DNA from: Octopus sinensis
Lineage: Eukaryota
Assembly: GCF_006345805.1 (NCBI RefSeq)
Contig: NC_042999.1
Span: 124,496,001 to 124,560,000, forward strand
DNA length: 64,000 bases
Reading direction: 5' to 3'
The notes beneath the pieces are model-generated. The model searched no databases and was not told the DNA's origin. It saw only the letters and a list, made by a program, of their open reading frames with translations. The stretch's first letter is position 1; each line of letters begins with the position of its first letter. Both the position numbers and the translations under genes were made by a program. Below are positions 26,199-39,944 of the stretch, piece after piece.

Positions 26199-26584
26199 AA
26201 AAAAAAAAAAGAAAAAGAAACAGAAAAAGGAGCCCAGCTTAAAATTCATAGTTATCTGAACAAGAAATGATATGGAACAACTGAGCGACTTGCAAAATGT
26301 AAGTTGAATACAGTACAAAGGGAGGGCCCAAACTTAGCTGCTAAATATGAGGTGGGAGGTTTCACATCCTGGTCGAAACTGATGTTCAGAAACTAAAAAG
26401 AGTGGGAAGAAGCCAGAGAAGTGAAATTTCCTGACCTCATCCAGGTGGAGGCTTCACAACCCCTTCTGAATGGGTGTCCATGTGTTTCATGTGGTAAATC
26501 ATTAACCTGTTTTAATATATCATATTACATTTCCCCCCACCCCACATCATTTACTATATGAATATATATATATATATATATATA

Positions 26585-27068
26585 TGCCGATGCCAGCGCC
26601 GCCTCCACTGGCTTCCGTGCCGGTGGCACATAAAATACACCAATCTGACCGTACGACAGGCACCCATGCCAACCCCCTTTGCTTGCGAAGACATGTTGGG
26701 GCAAGCGAAATCGAAATCGAATTGAACCAGCCAGGATCCCTGGTCTGGTGGTACGTAAAAAGCACTATCCGACTCGTGGCTGATGCCAGCGCCGCCTCGA
26801 CTGGCTTCCGTGCCGGTGGCACATAAAATACACCAATCCAACCATGGCCATTGCCAGCCTCGCCTGGCACCTGTGCAGGTGTCACGTAAAAAGCACCCAC
26901 TACACTCACGGAGTGGTTGGCGTTAGGAAGGGCATCCAGCTGTAGAAACATTGCCAGATAAGACTGGAGCCTGGTGCAGCCTTCTGGCTTCCCAGATCCC
27001 CGGTCGAACCGTCCAACCCATGCTAGCATGGAGAACGGACGTTAAACGATGATGATGATGATGATGAT
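26585..27068 (+). mobile_element. RTE 3' UTR fragment
   Basis: gtgccggtggcac modules followed by the family tail and (GAT)n. Confidence 0.85.
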
Positions 27069-27305
27069 ATATCAGGTACTCAACTATAAGTCTATTGCAT
27101 CTTAACAGATGCAGCAGTAAGCTAATGAAATTCATAAGATAATCATTTATTCTTTTGTCACCTCATTTTCTTACATCTGACAAACCCTACTTTTTTCCAT
27201 CAAGGTCTTATATTCCCCAATATTAGGCTATTTAACTTAGTCAATGCATGGTGATCACTTATTAGCTTTAAGCTTATAAAAAAATGTTATTATTATTACT
27301 ATTAC

Positions 27306-27347
<42 letters not shown>

Positions 27348-27348
<1 letters not shown>

Positions 27349-27573
27349 TTCCTTCTTTCTTCAAATTTTCTTCCATTTCTCGCCGAGTGTTTTCCATACA
27401 CCTAGGGCAGAGAAGCTTATTGTATGCATTCCCAGATTACACATGCAAATTCACAGGTAAAATATGTAGTTAAAAAATTAATAAATAAATAAATTCATGA
27501 ATGGATGTTGATTTCACAGCGGTAATGTTCTTCTCAGTACGTGAGTCGTTCCAGTTAACACGATTTTTTGCAC
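27348..27573 (-). mobile_element. Short 3' fragment of an R4/Dong-like LINE in an (ATT)n array
   Basis: The minus strand encodes the ORF end KIVLTGTTHVLRRTLPL* plus a 3' UTR, flanked by (ATT)n on both sides. Confidence 0.6.
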
Positions 27574-27606
27574 TTATTATTATTATTATTTATTATTATT
27601 ATTATT

Positions 27607-29217
27607 CAGTAGTTTTATTTTTATAGCGTGCTTTCACTTCACTACCGAGCGCAGCTCTGTGTGCCTTGGGTATGTACTGTGATTTGTTGTGATGCTCTGA
27701 TGGTTATTGTATGGAAAGTGTTCTGCGTAGGATGTGTGCAGTGCCCAGTAGTGCAATTTTCTGTATGTTATATGTGTTTGTAAGTCCTGGTGTTTTTGTT
27801 ATGTATTTGTCTGAATATTTTTTTATCATGCCTAATGCACCTACTATGATAGGAATTGTTTCTGTTTTCAGATTCCACATTCTAGTTACCTCTATTTCCA
27901 GGTTTTGTATTTTGAGAGTTTCTCCATTTCTTTTAGAGACACGTTGTCATCAGCCGGTATTGATACATCAATTAGAAAGCATTTTTTTTTTCATGATCTC
28001 TGACAACTATATCTGGTCTGTTGGCCTTAATTTCTCTATCTGTGTGTATCGGCATATCCCAGAGTATGGTTGCTTTCTCGTTTTCTATGACCTTTTCTGG
28101 TGTGTGCCTATACCATCTTTTTTCTGTTGTTATTCCATAATGTTGGCATAGCTTCCAATGTATGTAGGTTCCAACTCTGTCATGTCTGTGAATATATTCC
28201 TTCTTAGCCAGGACTGGGCAGCTAGAGATAATATGATTTATTGTTTCTTGTCCATCTCCACATATTCTGCAGTTACTTGTAATATTTCTTTTCATTACAT
28301 GTTTTTGGTAATTTCTGGTGGGGAGGCTTTGGTCTTGTGCTGCAATTAAAAATCCCTCTGTTTCTGCTTTGAGTCCTGAGCTTCTCAACCATTGCTGGGA
28401 TTTTTCTTTATCTATTTCTTTTGCGTTTAGTTTAGTCCAGTATTTACCATGAAGGGGCTTTTCTTGCCATCGTTTTATCATGGTTCGTTGCTGTTCTATT
28501 TTTAGTTTGGATTTCATTTGTTTTATAGCTTTTGTTGTTTCTTCATCTTCTTCTTCTTCATGTTTATTAGGTGGTATGATTTCTTGTTTGTATTTGTCAG
28601 CTTCCTTAAATACTGAGAACAGTTTTTTGTTTTGCTCGTGTTTTGCCGCTATCTGGATCAGTTTTCCTTCCTTCTGAAGTAGATATTTTTGCAGTCCTAT
28701 GGTGGTTATTTTATAGTAGTTTTCCAGCTGTATAAGGCCTCTACCACCTTCTATACGTTGTATATATAGTCTTTCTATGTCAGATTTTGGGTGATGTATC
28801 CTAGATCCTGTCATTATTTTTTTTTGTTTTCCTATCTATTTTGGTCAGTTCATTTCGTGTCCAGTTAAGGATATTGTAGCTGTAACTTATAACTGGGACA
28901 GCTAAAGTGTTGATACCTATTATCTTGTTTTTAGCATTGAGCTCTGTGTTTAGTATTGATCTAACTCGTCTATAATATTCTTTTTTTATTTTCTCTTTCA
29001 TTTGTGTGTGTTGTGTCTTATCTAGTTCATGGATTCCTAAGTATTTGTAAGTTTGGCTTTGGTCTAATTCTTTTATTTCATTGGTTTTATCTAGTGTGAT
29101 GTTGTTACTCTTAACTAGTTTTCCTCTTTTCATGGTTACTTTGGCGCATTTTTCTAATCCAAATTTCATATCTATTTCTTTGGTAAATCCATGAACTGTC
29201 TTTAATAGTGTTTCCAG
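27607..29217 (-). mobile_element. 5'-truncated R4/Dong-like RLE LINE
   Basis: RT end (KFGLEKCA, YKYLG), GGRGL, AAQDQ, CCHC knuckle (CRICG..ETINHIISSCP...RHD) and RPDIV endonuclease motif. Two frameshifts fall in A-runs, the stop is at 27704, and both ends abut (ATT)n. Confidence 0.9.
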
Positions 29218-30101
29218 TATTATTATTATTATTATTATTATTATATAAAGCAACTGTAGAAGTATTTAGTCAAAAGTAAACTGTTGTACATGGCATTTAT
29301 TGACCTAGAGAATACCATCAACAGGGGCCCTCACTCCCTGATCTGTTGGTTGCTGTGGAAGCTAACAGTTTAAGAAACACTCCTAATTTAAATGCTAATG
29401 AATAGAATTAATCTTGTGAAATCATAAATCCACCTATCTGAGTCAAGGAGTCCATGAAGTTTGGCAATACTGAGTCGATGAGTCACCAATGCTTTCTCAG
29501 TACTGTGCTTAAAGTGTAGGTGTGTGGTTGTGTACTAAGTTCACATATTCCATTCACCTTCAGAATGCCAAGAAACTGTATAACTATCGCAAACAACTTT
29601 TGCTATATATGAACAATACGTAAAATATCAAGACAATTGATGAAAAATATCTATAATAACATTCTAATTGATAAATATAGATTTTTATTAAAGCAAAACA
29701 CAGATGAAGTAAATCTCATGGTGTGAAGGAAGAATCAACATGACATGCAGGTGTAGTGAAATACAAAACAACATGTGGTTGTCATGGTAACAAGCTGTCA
29801 ATGCCCAGCTGCCTGTTGACTGGCTAAAATTACCCAAATTTCCCAACTTTAATTCCAAGTAACATCAGATTCTTTTTAATTTATGAGATAAAGTAATTGT
29901 CTGATCATAATCAAAATTCACCAAAATTGAAAGCAAAATTAAAGGGGGCTCATTTTGTAAATGAAACTAACTAGATCCATTAATTCACATTTGATGAGGA
30001 CCTCACTACAAGTTTACTGATTAATTAGGCATTACTTTATCTTTTACAATGCATGTAGCCAAGCATGTGTATACATATATGTATGTGTATATATATATAT
30101 A

Positions 30102-30189
<88 letters not shown>

Positions 30190-30801
30190 TATTTGTGGTG
30201 AATGATTTTTGTAGGTGATGTGTACTGGAAAATAAATTGATCTCACAGGTTTTGACCCTTTAGAAATATTCTATTCACAGAAAGGTTCAGTTCCCTTTCT
30301 TCAAAATATAGGCTGAGTCTTGTTGAATGCTTCAGTGGTTTCTTTGAAAAGCTTGGCAGGAATGTAGTAATAGATTTTGCTAAGTTTAAGAATAACTGTG
30401 AGGAGCTTGGCATTAAAGAGTTTACTAAATTTATTCCTTGTCTTTGAAGAGCTTGCTTTTAATGGGTTTACTAAATATAAATTTTGATGTTGTCAGCCAT
30501 GCTGTTACAAGTGATCGAAGAAACTCTAGAATTGATGGTCCTTATTTCATCCACCATGGACTGATGGGAGGCAAAGTTAGGATTTAAATTCAGAAAGTAA
30601 GAAGATGAAACTAAATACTGCAACTCTATATGAGTGAGATTATCTTATATCAGTGCAATTTTCATCCATGAACACCTACAAGTATTAACAGAAGCCTCAT
30701 TTTTTCCTTGTCATCTTATATCATTTTCACCATCTCCAGTAATGTAACAACACCTAATAATACAACTGTCACCTTCTCACAACTATATACATATATTTCA
30801 T

Positions 30802-31190
30802 AGGCACAGGAGTGGCTGTGTGGTAAGTAGCTTGCTTACCAATCACATGGTTCTGGGTTCAGTTTCACTGCATAGCACCTTGAGCAAGTCTCTTCTACAA
30901 TAGCAGCAAGCTGATCTAAACCTTGTGAGTGGATATGGTAGACAGAAACTGAAAGAAGCCCGTCGTATATGTGTGTGTGTGTGTGTGTGTTTGTGTACCT
31001 GTGTTTGTCCCCACACTATCGCTGGACAACCAATGTTGGTGTGTTCACATTCCTGTAACTTAGCAGTTCAGCAAAAGAGACCGATAGAATAGGTACTAGG
31101 CTTACAAAGAATAATTCCTGGGGTCGGTTTGTTCGACTTAAGACAGTGCTCCAGCATGGCTGCAGTCAAATGACTGAAACAAATATAAGA
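30802..31190 (+). mobile_element. Full-length SINE family A
   Basis: Head ggcacaggagtggctgtgtggtaag to tail gactgaaacaaa. Confidence 0.9.
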
Positions 31191-31662
31191 CTATTTAATT
31201 CTTTTTCTTGTTCTATGGTCCTGAGAGCAGGTTTTTACAGCTGGGTGCCCTTCCAAATGCCAACCGCTTTACAATGTGAAGTGGATGGCACCAGCACCAG
31301 TAAGATAAGGAATTGCAAAACAAGGAATTTTGAGAGGAGAGGAGGCACTGGAGGAGGGATCTTGTGTCAGATAATGAAAGATTAGAGCGACACAGAGAGG
31401 CGGAAAAAGGTGTCTTGCTATAGAGGAGGTGCATGGTTACCCAGCTAGAGAGAGAGGGAGAGAGGGTGCAAGAGGAAGAGAGAGAGGAAAAGAGAGTGAG
31501 GTAGGGGGGAAAGCTAACAAGAAAGAGGACAGAAACAGGTGTGATGATGTAAAGGAGATACTTGGTTACCTTGTCAGAGGAAAGAGCAAGAGAGAGAGAG
31601 AGAGTGATCAAGAATGAGGGCAGAAACTGGTGTGCTTCTGTAGAGGAGCTACACGGCTACCC

Positions 31663-31853
31663 GAGTCTAGGACACTTACTCCCATGGACAATAACCCCCA
31701 CTAAGGACAACAGATGATGATTTAAAACTTCTTAATATATTGGAGAGGGGGTAATTAACCAAAAGGTAGTAACTGTCCTAGGGGGTAGTTGTCATCAGGG
31801 GAAAATTGTCCTATGGGGGGTAATTCTCCTCGGTGGGTAATTCTCCTGATACA
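31663..31853. mobile_element. Mutator/foldback-type MITE with tandem subterminal repeats
   Basis: Left ggacaataaccccc units, right inverted gggggtaattgtcc-like units, and an 8-bp direct flank ggctaccc at 31655 and 31854. Confidence 0.6.
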
Positions 31854-31939
31854 GGCTACCCAGTCAGAGAGAAGAGTAAAAGAGAGAGAGAATGGGAAAC
31901 AGCAAAGTGCAAAAGAAAGCAGGAACAAGACAGTCGCGA

Positions 31940-32072
31940 AGTACCACGGGTTATGGTCTCACTTGGCTTGTCAGGTCTTCTCAAGCACAGCATATCTCCA
32001 AAGGTCTCGGTCACTAGTTATTGCCTCGGTGAGGCCCAATGTTCAAAGGTTGTACTTCACTATCCCACCCCA
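31940..32072 (-). mobile_element. RTE ORF-end fragment
   Basis: Similar to 48620-48760. Confidence 0.75.
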
Positions 32073-33729
32073 GGTCTTATATATGTATGTGTGTTTTGTG
32101 TTTGTCCCACTACTACTTCACAACTGGTGTTGGTTTGTTTATATCCCTGTAGCTTAAGGATTTAGCAAAAGAGATGAATACAATAAGTACCAGATTTAAA
32201 ATAAGTACTGGAGACAATTTGGTCAACTAATCTTACAAGGTGTTGCTCCAGCATGTCTGCAGTCAGTGACTGAAACAAGCAAGAAAGTGATAAAGATATA
32301 AAGCTGCATGAGTGTGAGGTTAAGGTGACAGCAAAAGTATTATATGATAATGAATTCAAACAGTTCTATAAGTGTTATACTATGGTATGAGAAAGGCACA
32401 TAACTCTGCATGCATCAGTTTCTTTAACAGACAGCAGGTTCCTCTTCTACTTCCCATTTCAATGGTTATCCATGCAGAAAATATCCAGCAATAAAAGAAT
32501 AAAAAAAAGAAAATGGTTGTTCTAACAAAAAATATCCCACCTATGTTGCAATGAATAAAAGAAAAAAACTTATGTAAAAACTGCAGGTAAAGAAATAAAA
32601 TGTAAAAAGAACAATTGGTAAATTCAAAAAGCTATAGGCGTGGCCTCTCTGTTATAATGTAACATACAAGAAAAAAAAAATAATATTACATGTATTGAAG
32701 TTTTCCAATTTCTTTTATGTTGCATCATAAGATGGGTTTAGCTTAATATTTATGTAAAACAAAGCTATTCTAATAATATGTAGCAGTAGACTGCAATTTA
32801 TGTGGCTGTAAATGTGCCCATAATACAACCAGCAATAATGCAATTGTCAGGAAAGAGATATAGATATAAATCTCAAAGTATTCAACAAGAGTGAAAAGAT
32901 AACTGTGTAGTCAATATTTATTGCATTGAATTCCAATAGCTTTAGGATTAATATATGCACAAATCACTTGTCTACTGAAACATAGATGGAAAATTTTATT
33001 TTAATATTTTCAACATCTAATAAAATCAAATCGCTTTTCGCATCTGACTTAGTGTTAACACCAAATGAGACAATATTTTATTGAAAACTGACTGACATAG
33101 CCATTGTTGTTTCCAATTTCTGCAGACAAAATGTGTTGTGAGAATATTTTTAGACTCATCACTGATGCTGGCCACTGAGAGGCTTATTATCCCAATACCA
33201 GTTTGTAAATATCAAAGATCAGGTGTACGCTTATATTTCTGTATCTATATTCATATCTACGCAAATAGTTATCTATATTCATGCTCATTCTATATTGAAC
33301 CATAATGAAAGTAGAGTAGGACATGAAGGGGTTGGATGATGATGGAGGTTACTTACTCTCTGTGAGGAACATTACACCAATGTGGATTTAAGCCTCTGGG
33401 AATAAAGTGTTCAACTCTGTTGGACTGATTGGTTGATTACCAAAGTGTTATGGTATCCCAATAATGTACAAATTCTCATTAGCAGTCTTGGAGTTGATTA
33501 TTGGCTTTGTTAGAAGCAACCAGAAGCTAAATCTCTCAAACAAAGACCTGCAAAATGGAGATTCAAGAACTCAGAAGTCCTGCAGCAAATTAACAAGGTT
33601 GATAGACAATGTAGGAAGAGATGTAGATGCTGGATTGAAGTATCTGACTTCCAGTCACATTGCATTATTGCTACAGGTGAGTTGGAGGTTATATTTCAAT
33701 CAGTTACAATTAATCATAACAACTACATC

Positions 33730-33809
33730 AAAAGCATCATCATCATCAGCAGCAGCAGCAGCAATATCGACAACAGTAATGAAGATCACTACTACTACTG
33801 CTGCTGCTG

Positions 33810-33882
<73 letters not shown>

Positions 33883-34025
33883 CACTACAACTACAACTAC
33901 TATTACTGCTGCTGCTGCTGCTAATATTGTTGCAGCTGCTGCCACCACCACCACCACCACCACCACCACCACTACTACTACTATACTACTACTACTACTA
34001 CTACTATACTACTACTACTACTACT
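33730..34025. repeat. Compound (CAT)(CAG)(CTA)(CTG)(CCA) trinucleotide array
   Basis: Direct inspection. Confidence 0.9.
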
Positions 34026-34272
34026 ACATTTCCATATGCATGTGTGTGTGTGTGTGTGTGTGTGCACGTGTATATCTATCCATTTTTCTAAAATTTCCTA
34101 ATTTCCTTTCCAACCAAATCATCTTTGGTTCAGTTCCGCTCTGTGATACTTTGGGCAAGTGTCTTCAATTATTGCCTCTAGCAGACTAGAACCTTGAGAG
34201 TGAATTTGGTAGGCAGAAACTGAGAAGCCCATCATTTATACACACACACAAACACACACACACACACACATG

Positions 34273-34307
<35 letters not shown>

Positions 34308-34619
34308 CAAACACACACACACATATATTTGTCAGTGTGTGTGGGAGGGTGTTAGTGTCTCCTTGTCATGGCATTGCATGAGAGTTTTAGAGGAGTATCA
34401 TCATCATACAAGTAGTGTTCTTTGTTTCCTATCTTCTGTAAATATATGTCCAGCTAGGGTGAAATATTACCTTACTTAGAAACAGGTGAGGGTAGGTGAC
34501 AGGAAGGGCATCTAGTTGTAGAAAATCTGCCTCAACAAATTCTATCTGATTTTTGCAAGCATCGAAAAGTGAATATCAAAATGATGAAGATGAAAACAAT
34601 GATATATATACATACATAC

Positions 34620-34678
<59 letters not shown>

Positions 34679-34948
34679 CATCATCATCATATAGTGTTCA
34701 TTTTCCATACTGGCATGGGTTAGATGATTTGATAGGAACTGGTAAGTCAGAGAACTGTATCAGGGTCCAGTCCGATTTTTGGGTTGGTTTCTATGACAAG
34801 ATGCCCTTTCTAATGGCAATGACTCCAAGAGTGTAGTGGGTGCCTTTTACATGTATATATATGTATGTGTGTATATATATATACATATACATAATATATA
34901 TATATATATATTATATATATATATATACATACATATATACATATATAT

Positions 34949-35026
<78 letters not shown>

Positions 35027-35263
35027 TATATATATAAGTTACCCTTCATAGAGTAACTGCTGCATTTATTGAGCATATAAATAGTTTGGCTGCTTGTTTC
35101 TCTGGTGACTGTCAGAATGATGTAGATGCTTCTGATGAGAACCCAATAAGATTTTAAAATCATAGAGGTTGTTCATCATTATTCAGTCTGCAGAGAAATG
35201 GCTAAAATTTGCCCTGTTTATAATTATACCATATGTGACATATACATATATATATATATATAT

Positions 35264-35660
35264 AAGACCCATTGAGGCAAGTGAGGATCAGAATCGAAAT
35301 CGATCAATGGAAATTGCAGATGTGTTACCAGTGCCGGTGGCATGTAAGAGAACTTTCCATTTCGCGACCGTTGCCAGCACCGCCCCGTTTCGTGTCCGTT
35401 GCCAGCCTCGCCTGGCCCTCGTGCCGGTGGCACATAAAAAGCACCATCCGTTCGTGGCCGTTTGCCAGCTCTGTCTGGCACCAGTGTGGGTGCCACGTAA
35501 AAAGCACCCACTACACTCACGGAGTGGTTGGAAGGGCATCCAGCCGTAGAAACACTGCCAGATTTGACTGGGCCTGATGAAGCCTTCTGGCTTCACAGAC
35601 CCCAGTAGAACCGTCCAACCCATGCTAGCATGGAAAACGGACGCTAAACGATGATGATGA
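35264..35660 (+). mobile_element. Young RTE 3' UTR copy (subfamily of the minus full-length element)
   Basis: Near-identical to the reverse complement of about 48030-48456. Confidence 0.9.
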
Positions 35661-37092
35661 TATATATATATATATATATAACACCATTATCTACCATCAA
35701 CACCAGCACAGCCAGCATCAGCACTAACACAAGCAACATTAATATCAAAACCAATACAACTATCACCATTATTAATCCAACAACTCCTTAATGACCAACA
35801 AGAACACCAACAATAGCATGAACAAGATAAGCAACTCAATCTGAAATAAAATATAAAAGAAAGCAATCACACAAGATAATGTGCCACAACTGAATCACCA
35901 ACTTTTGAATAAATACCTGATAACATCAATAATAGTATCAGTATGATCACAATGTCTGTAGCTACATATGTTATATGTCAACACAACACCATGACCATGT
36001 ATGTGAATAAAGTGTCAGTCAAGTCAGAGGTTAGAGCTGAAGTGTCCATGATCCTAATAACCATTCAACTAATTGTATGTAGTACTTCCTCCCACCTGGC
36101 TCCTTCATCTTTTCATCTTCTCATTTCAGTTGTTACATCCATAAGGATAAGATAAAAAGTTTTGCTCCTACAGAACAGTTCTTTGTTGGGTCTTTTGACA
36201 TATTTGGTGCAGATAATTGATAATTACTGCCGTTGCTAGCTTTACCTTTAACTCAAGATATCTGGAAAGAAATCATCAAATGGAACTGGAGGCAGCACTG
36301 TAAAAATGAGTCATAAAAGGATTGCACTGAGTATTAGACTTAATATTTTAAAATGGTTTGATGCAGGAACAAAAGTGCAGTCATACTGCCTAAGCATTGA
36401 AGCTTGCAACATCTACAGTGAGAACAATACTTGACAACAGGAATTCAAGTCAAGTGCTCAAGGAGTTATTCTGTTGGACCTTATTTAATTCATAGATCTA
36501 ATGTGATGCTTTAAATAGGATGGTTCATATGATGGTTTCTTTCAGTTTCTGTCAACCAAATCCACTCACAAGGATTTGGTTCATCCAAGGATATAGTAGA
36601 AGACACTTGCCCAAGGTGCTACCAATGGGACTGAACTCAAGACTATGTGGTTAAGAAGCAAACTACTTATGCATACAGCCATGCCTATGACAGTACAGCC
36701 ATGCCGGTGCCTATACATCCACCTGTGTCTATTGTGTGTGTTTGTGTGTGCACGTGTGTGTGTGTACATGTGTGCGTATTCCTTTGTCTTGATATCATAT
36801 AATGGCTGTAAACACCATCATACAAGTGGTGTGGCTTGTTTCTAAATTTCTGGGCAAGACATGTGGCCATGGATAAATAACAATTTGCTTGGAAACCAGT
36901 GAGGGCATTCAACCATAAAGATCTGCCTAAGTGAATTCTATCTGGCCTATGCTAGCATAGAAAAGGGAACATGATGATGGGGAGGAGGCAGAGGATGATG
37001 CTGAAGATGAAAATTTTTATATTCTATCTCATCCAATATGTGCTTCCTTTTAAATATTTGTATGAATTAGTGTTAAAATACTAAAGAACAAT

Positions 37093-37400
37093 GCAGGCCT
37101 GTGGCTTAGTGGTTAGGGTATTTGGCTCCCAATCATAAGGTCATGAGTTTGATTCCTGGGGGTACATTGTGTCCTTGAGCAAGACATTTTATATTGCATT
37201 GTTCCAGTTTACTCAGCTGGCAAAATGAGTAGTACCTGTATTTCAATGGGCCAGGTTTGTTGCATTTTGTGTCATGCTGAGCCTCCCACAGAACTACATT
37301 AAGGATACGCATATCTGTGGAATGCTCATCAGCCACTTGCAAGTTAATTTCATGGGCAGGCTGTTCTGTTGATCAAATCAACTGGAACCCTTGTTGTCAT
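37093..37400 (+). mobile_element. tRNA-derived SINE (family B/C)
   Basis: A box tggcttagtgg, B box gagtttgattcc, tgtgtccttgagcaagac core. Confidence 0.75.
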
Positions 37401-37705
37401 ACTAAGGAAGATGAGGACCAATACAAAGAAATTATTGGAGCTTGGTGCATCATCAGTTATGTTCCTACCCACTCATATCACAATATCTAACTCATATTCT
37501 AATACTAACAAAAAATTTGGGGAGAAATGTATTTAATTTGTATCTGGTCTAAATATTTTATTTCTAAAAAAAATTAAGTTACTGCTAAACCCCTATTACA
37601 CCCATAACCCACTTTACCATCCCTTGACATCGACATTTGCTTCACTCTTGTGAGGTTACAATGCTTCCAAAGGTGCATCAGCATCCAGGTTAAGAATCAC
37701 TAATC

Positions 37706-37736
<31 letters not shown>

Positions 37737-38335
37737 TATCACTTTCATCATCAACCATCAACATTTAACATCCATTTTCCATGCTAGCATTGGTAGAACA
37801 GCTTGACAGGAACTGGCAAGACCAGAGTCCACACCAGGTTCCATTGTCTGTTTTGGCTTGGTTTCTGTGGCTAGTTGTCTTTCCTAAAGCCAATGGGGAT
37901 GCCCTTCCTAACACCAAACTAGGCATAAATAATCACAGCATTTAGGAACAACTCACCTGGTGATGTAGCTAGTGTGTGTGTGTGTGATGCACAGAGCAGC
38001 CCTTAAGTTTGTGCCTTCACTCATACTCTCCAAGACCACAAGTCTATACAGGCATATACGATAGACCCAAAAAGCATTGCTCAGGGCAGATCACCTCTTC
38101 CTCACTCTCACTAGTTACAAACACTACTGAACTTTCCACCATGTGATGCATAAGTACAGTAACACAGTACTGTAAACAGACAAATATTTTATCAACCTGA
38201 TGTGAAATTTAACTTCTCTTGTGGATATGGCTAGAAGAGGAATGAACATTACCAAGTTCTGTACATAACTTTAAAACAAAGTATCTGACAAGGCAATAGC
38301 TTATGATAGTTACCACTAAACCAATGACATTTATA

Positions 38336-38554
38336 CAAAGGGGTACTGAAAAATTCTTGGCTTTGGGTAAAAGAAAATACAAGAGGAATAGTTAATTATG
38401 ATTTTATTCAACATATTCCATTCTCAGATTCGCACACTTATTGCAGTAGTCCTTCAATTTTTCTAAGCTCTGTAAAAGAACTCAGAAGGTTGGGTCTCCC
38501 AACCAGGACTTTTGCAATACCCTCAAAGCCAGGAACTTTTCAGCACCCCACTTG
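38336..38554. mobile_element. mariner-type MITE
   Basis: TIRs caaaggggtactgaaaaattcttggcttt / aaagccaggaacttttcagcaccccacttg with TA on both sides. Confidence 0.75.
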
Positions 38555-39944
38555 TATAAAGGCATTTAAAAATGTCTCTACTGCACTTTTAGCTGTGATT
38601 TTTATAATCTGCATTGCAATTTTATTGCTTTAGGGATTAAGAATTAAAACATGTGATCTTCATTCTAAAGATAAAGGAGAATTTCTTTTACAGAGATTTG
38701 AATGTTACACTAAGTAAGCAAAACTGTAATATAAAAGTTCATTCACTAGATTCATTCTGTGGAGAATTGATATTTGAGTATTGGAATGAGTTGACAAGAC
38801 ACTGTTAACTGCAGAATAAAACACTTATTTAGAGAACAATAATTTTAAGCTTTAAATGAAATGTTGAAAACTTAGAATGATAATTTTATAAAGTCAGAAT
38901 TGAAATTGCAGTGCTGTTAACTGAACTGTGATGAATTAAGTTAGAAATGTACTGATCAATGGTAAGATGTTAAATAGAGTTCTCACTTGATATCACATAC
39001 ATCAAATAAAACTGTTAAAGTTATTGCATACAGTTGGTTGAGATATAGGAAATTACAGCTAATAGGTGTTGGTGCATAGTAGACCTACTGAGGCAGAATT
39101 TTGGCCATCTTATATAAAAGAAGAAAATGTGTGTGTGTCTGTGTGTGTGGCGCACACGTCTCTGTGTGTGTGTATGTGTGCACACACACGCATATGCTGA
39201 TTCTGGTCTCCATGGTTTATGAGAGGTTTTCATGTTTATTGTTCTTGTCTGATATTTGTGTCCACGTCCTATTTTGATTCTTCTTACTAGATTTCTAGTG
39301 AACACATCATATTATTATTATTGCTCATCTACAAGATGGTGAGGTGGCTGAGTCGTTAGCATGCTGGACTAGATACATAAGAGCATTTCGTCTGGTTCTT
39401 TACGTTGTGAGTTCAAAAACTGTCATAGGCAACTTCACCTTTCGTCCTTTCACCAACTCTTTCAAGGTTGATGAAATATGCCCCAATCAAGTACTAGGGT
39501 CAATGTAATCAACTAACCCACACTCCCTAAAAATTACAAACCTTGTGCAAAAATTTGAACCCATCAATGCTCATCTATAGATGCTTTTCTTCTCATATTG
39601 TAACAACTCTATCTTTCCCCCCTTGTCTACCCTTTCTCTCTATTTCTCTTCATCTTTCTCTTTTGTTCTCACTGCCACTTACAATTTTATTTCCCCCTCT
39701 CTATATCTTGCTTTCAATTTGTGTTTCTTGTTTACTTGCTCTCACTGACATTTGCTGTTTCTCTCTTTGCCTTTTTTTTTTTGTCCTCTCACATTCCTTT
39801 ATCCAACTTTCTTGTACCCAGTTCCAACATTCCCTTCCTTCATTCAGTCTCTTTTTTACATGAAGGTTCTTATATTTTTATCTTCTTGCATATTTATATT
39901 ATAACAAAGGTCTTCTTTTCCCAATTTTCCTATTTTCCAAACTC

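Larger units (their letters stand above)
5795..36297 (-). pseudogene. Tentative chain of disabled minus-strand exons
   Basis: GT-AG-bounded segments at 36246-36297, 35043-35187, 33357-33547, 30247-30525, 19457-19592 and 5795-5893. Each needs a stop or indel excused, and I recognise no protein family. Confidence 0.2.

Noticed and set aside
33464-34189. 241-aa plus-strand ORF with a CAG|GTGAGT donor at 33677
   Set aside because: Most of it is trinucleotide repeat. The unique part matches no protein I recognise, and I found no phase-compatible plus-strand partner exon.
35570-35600. CTGATGA in the RTE 3' tail
   Set aside because: It is followed by the GAAGCC-TTCT-GGCTTC hairpin but no GAAA or UH, so it is an ordinary LINE 3' stem-loop.
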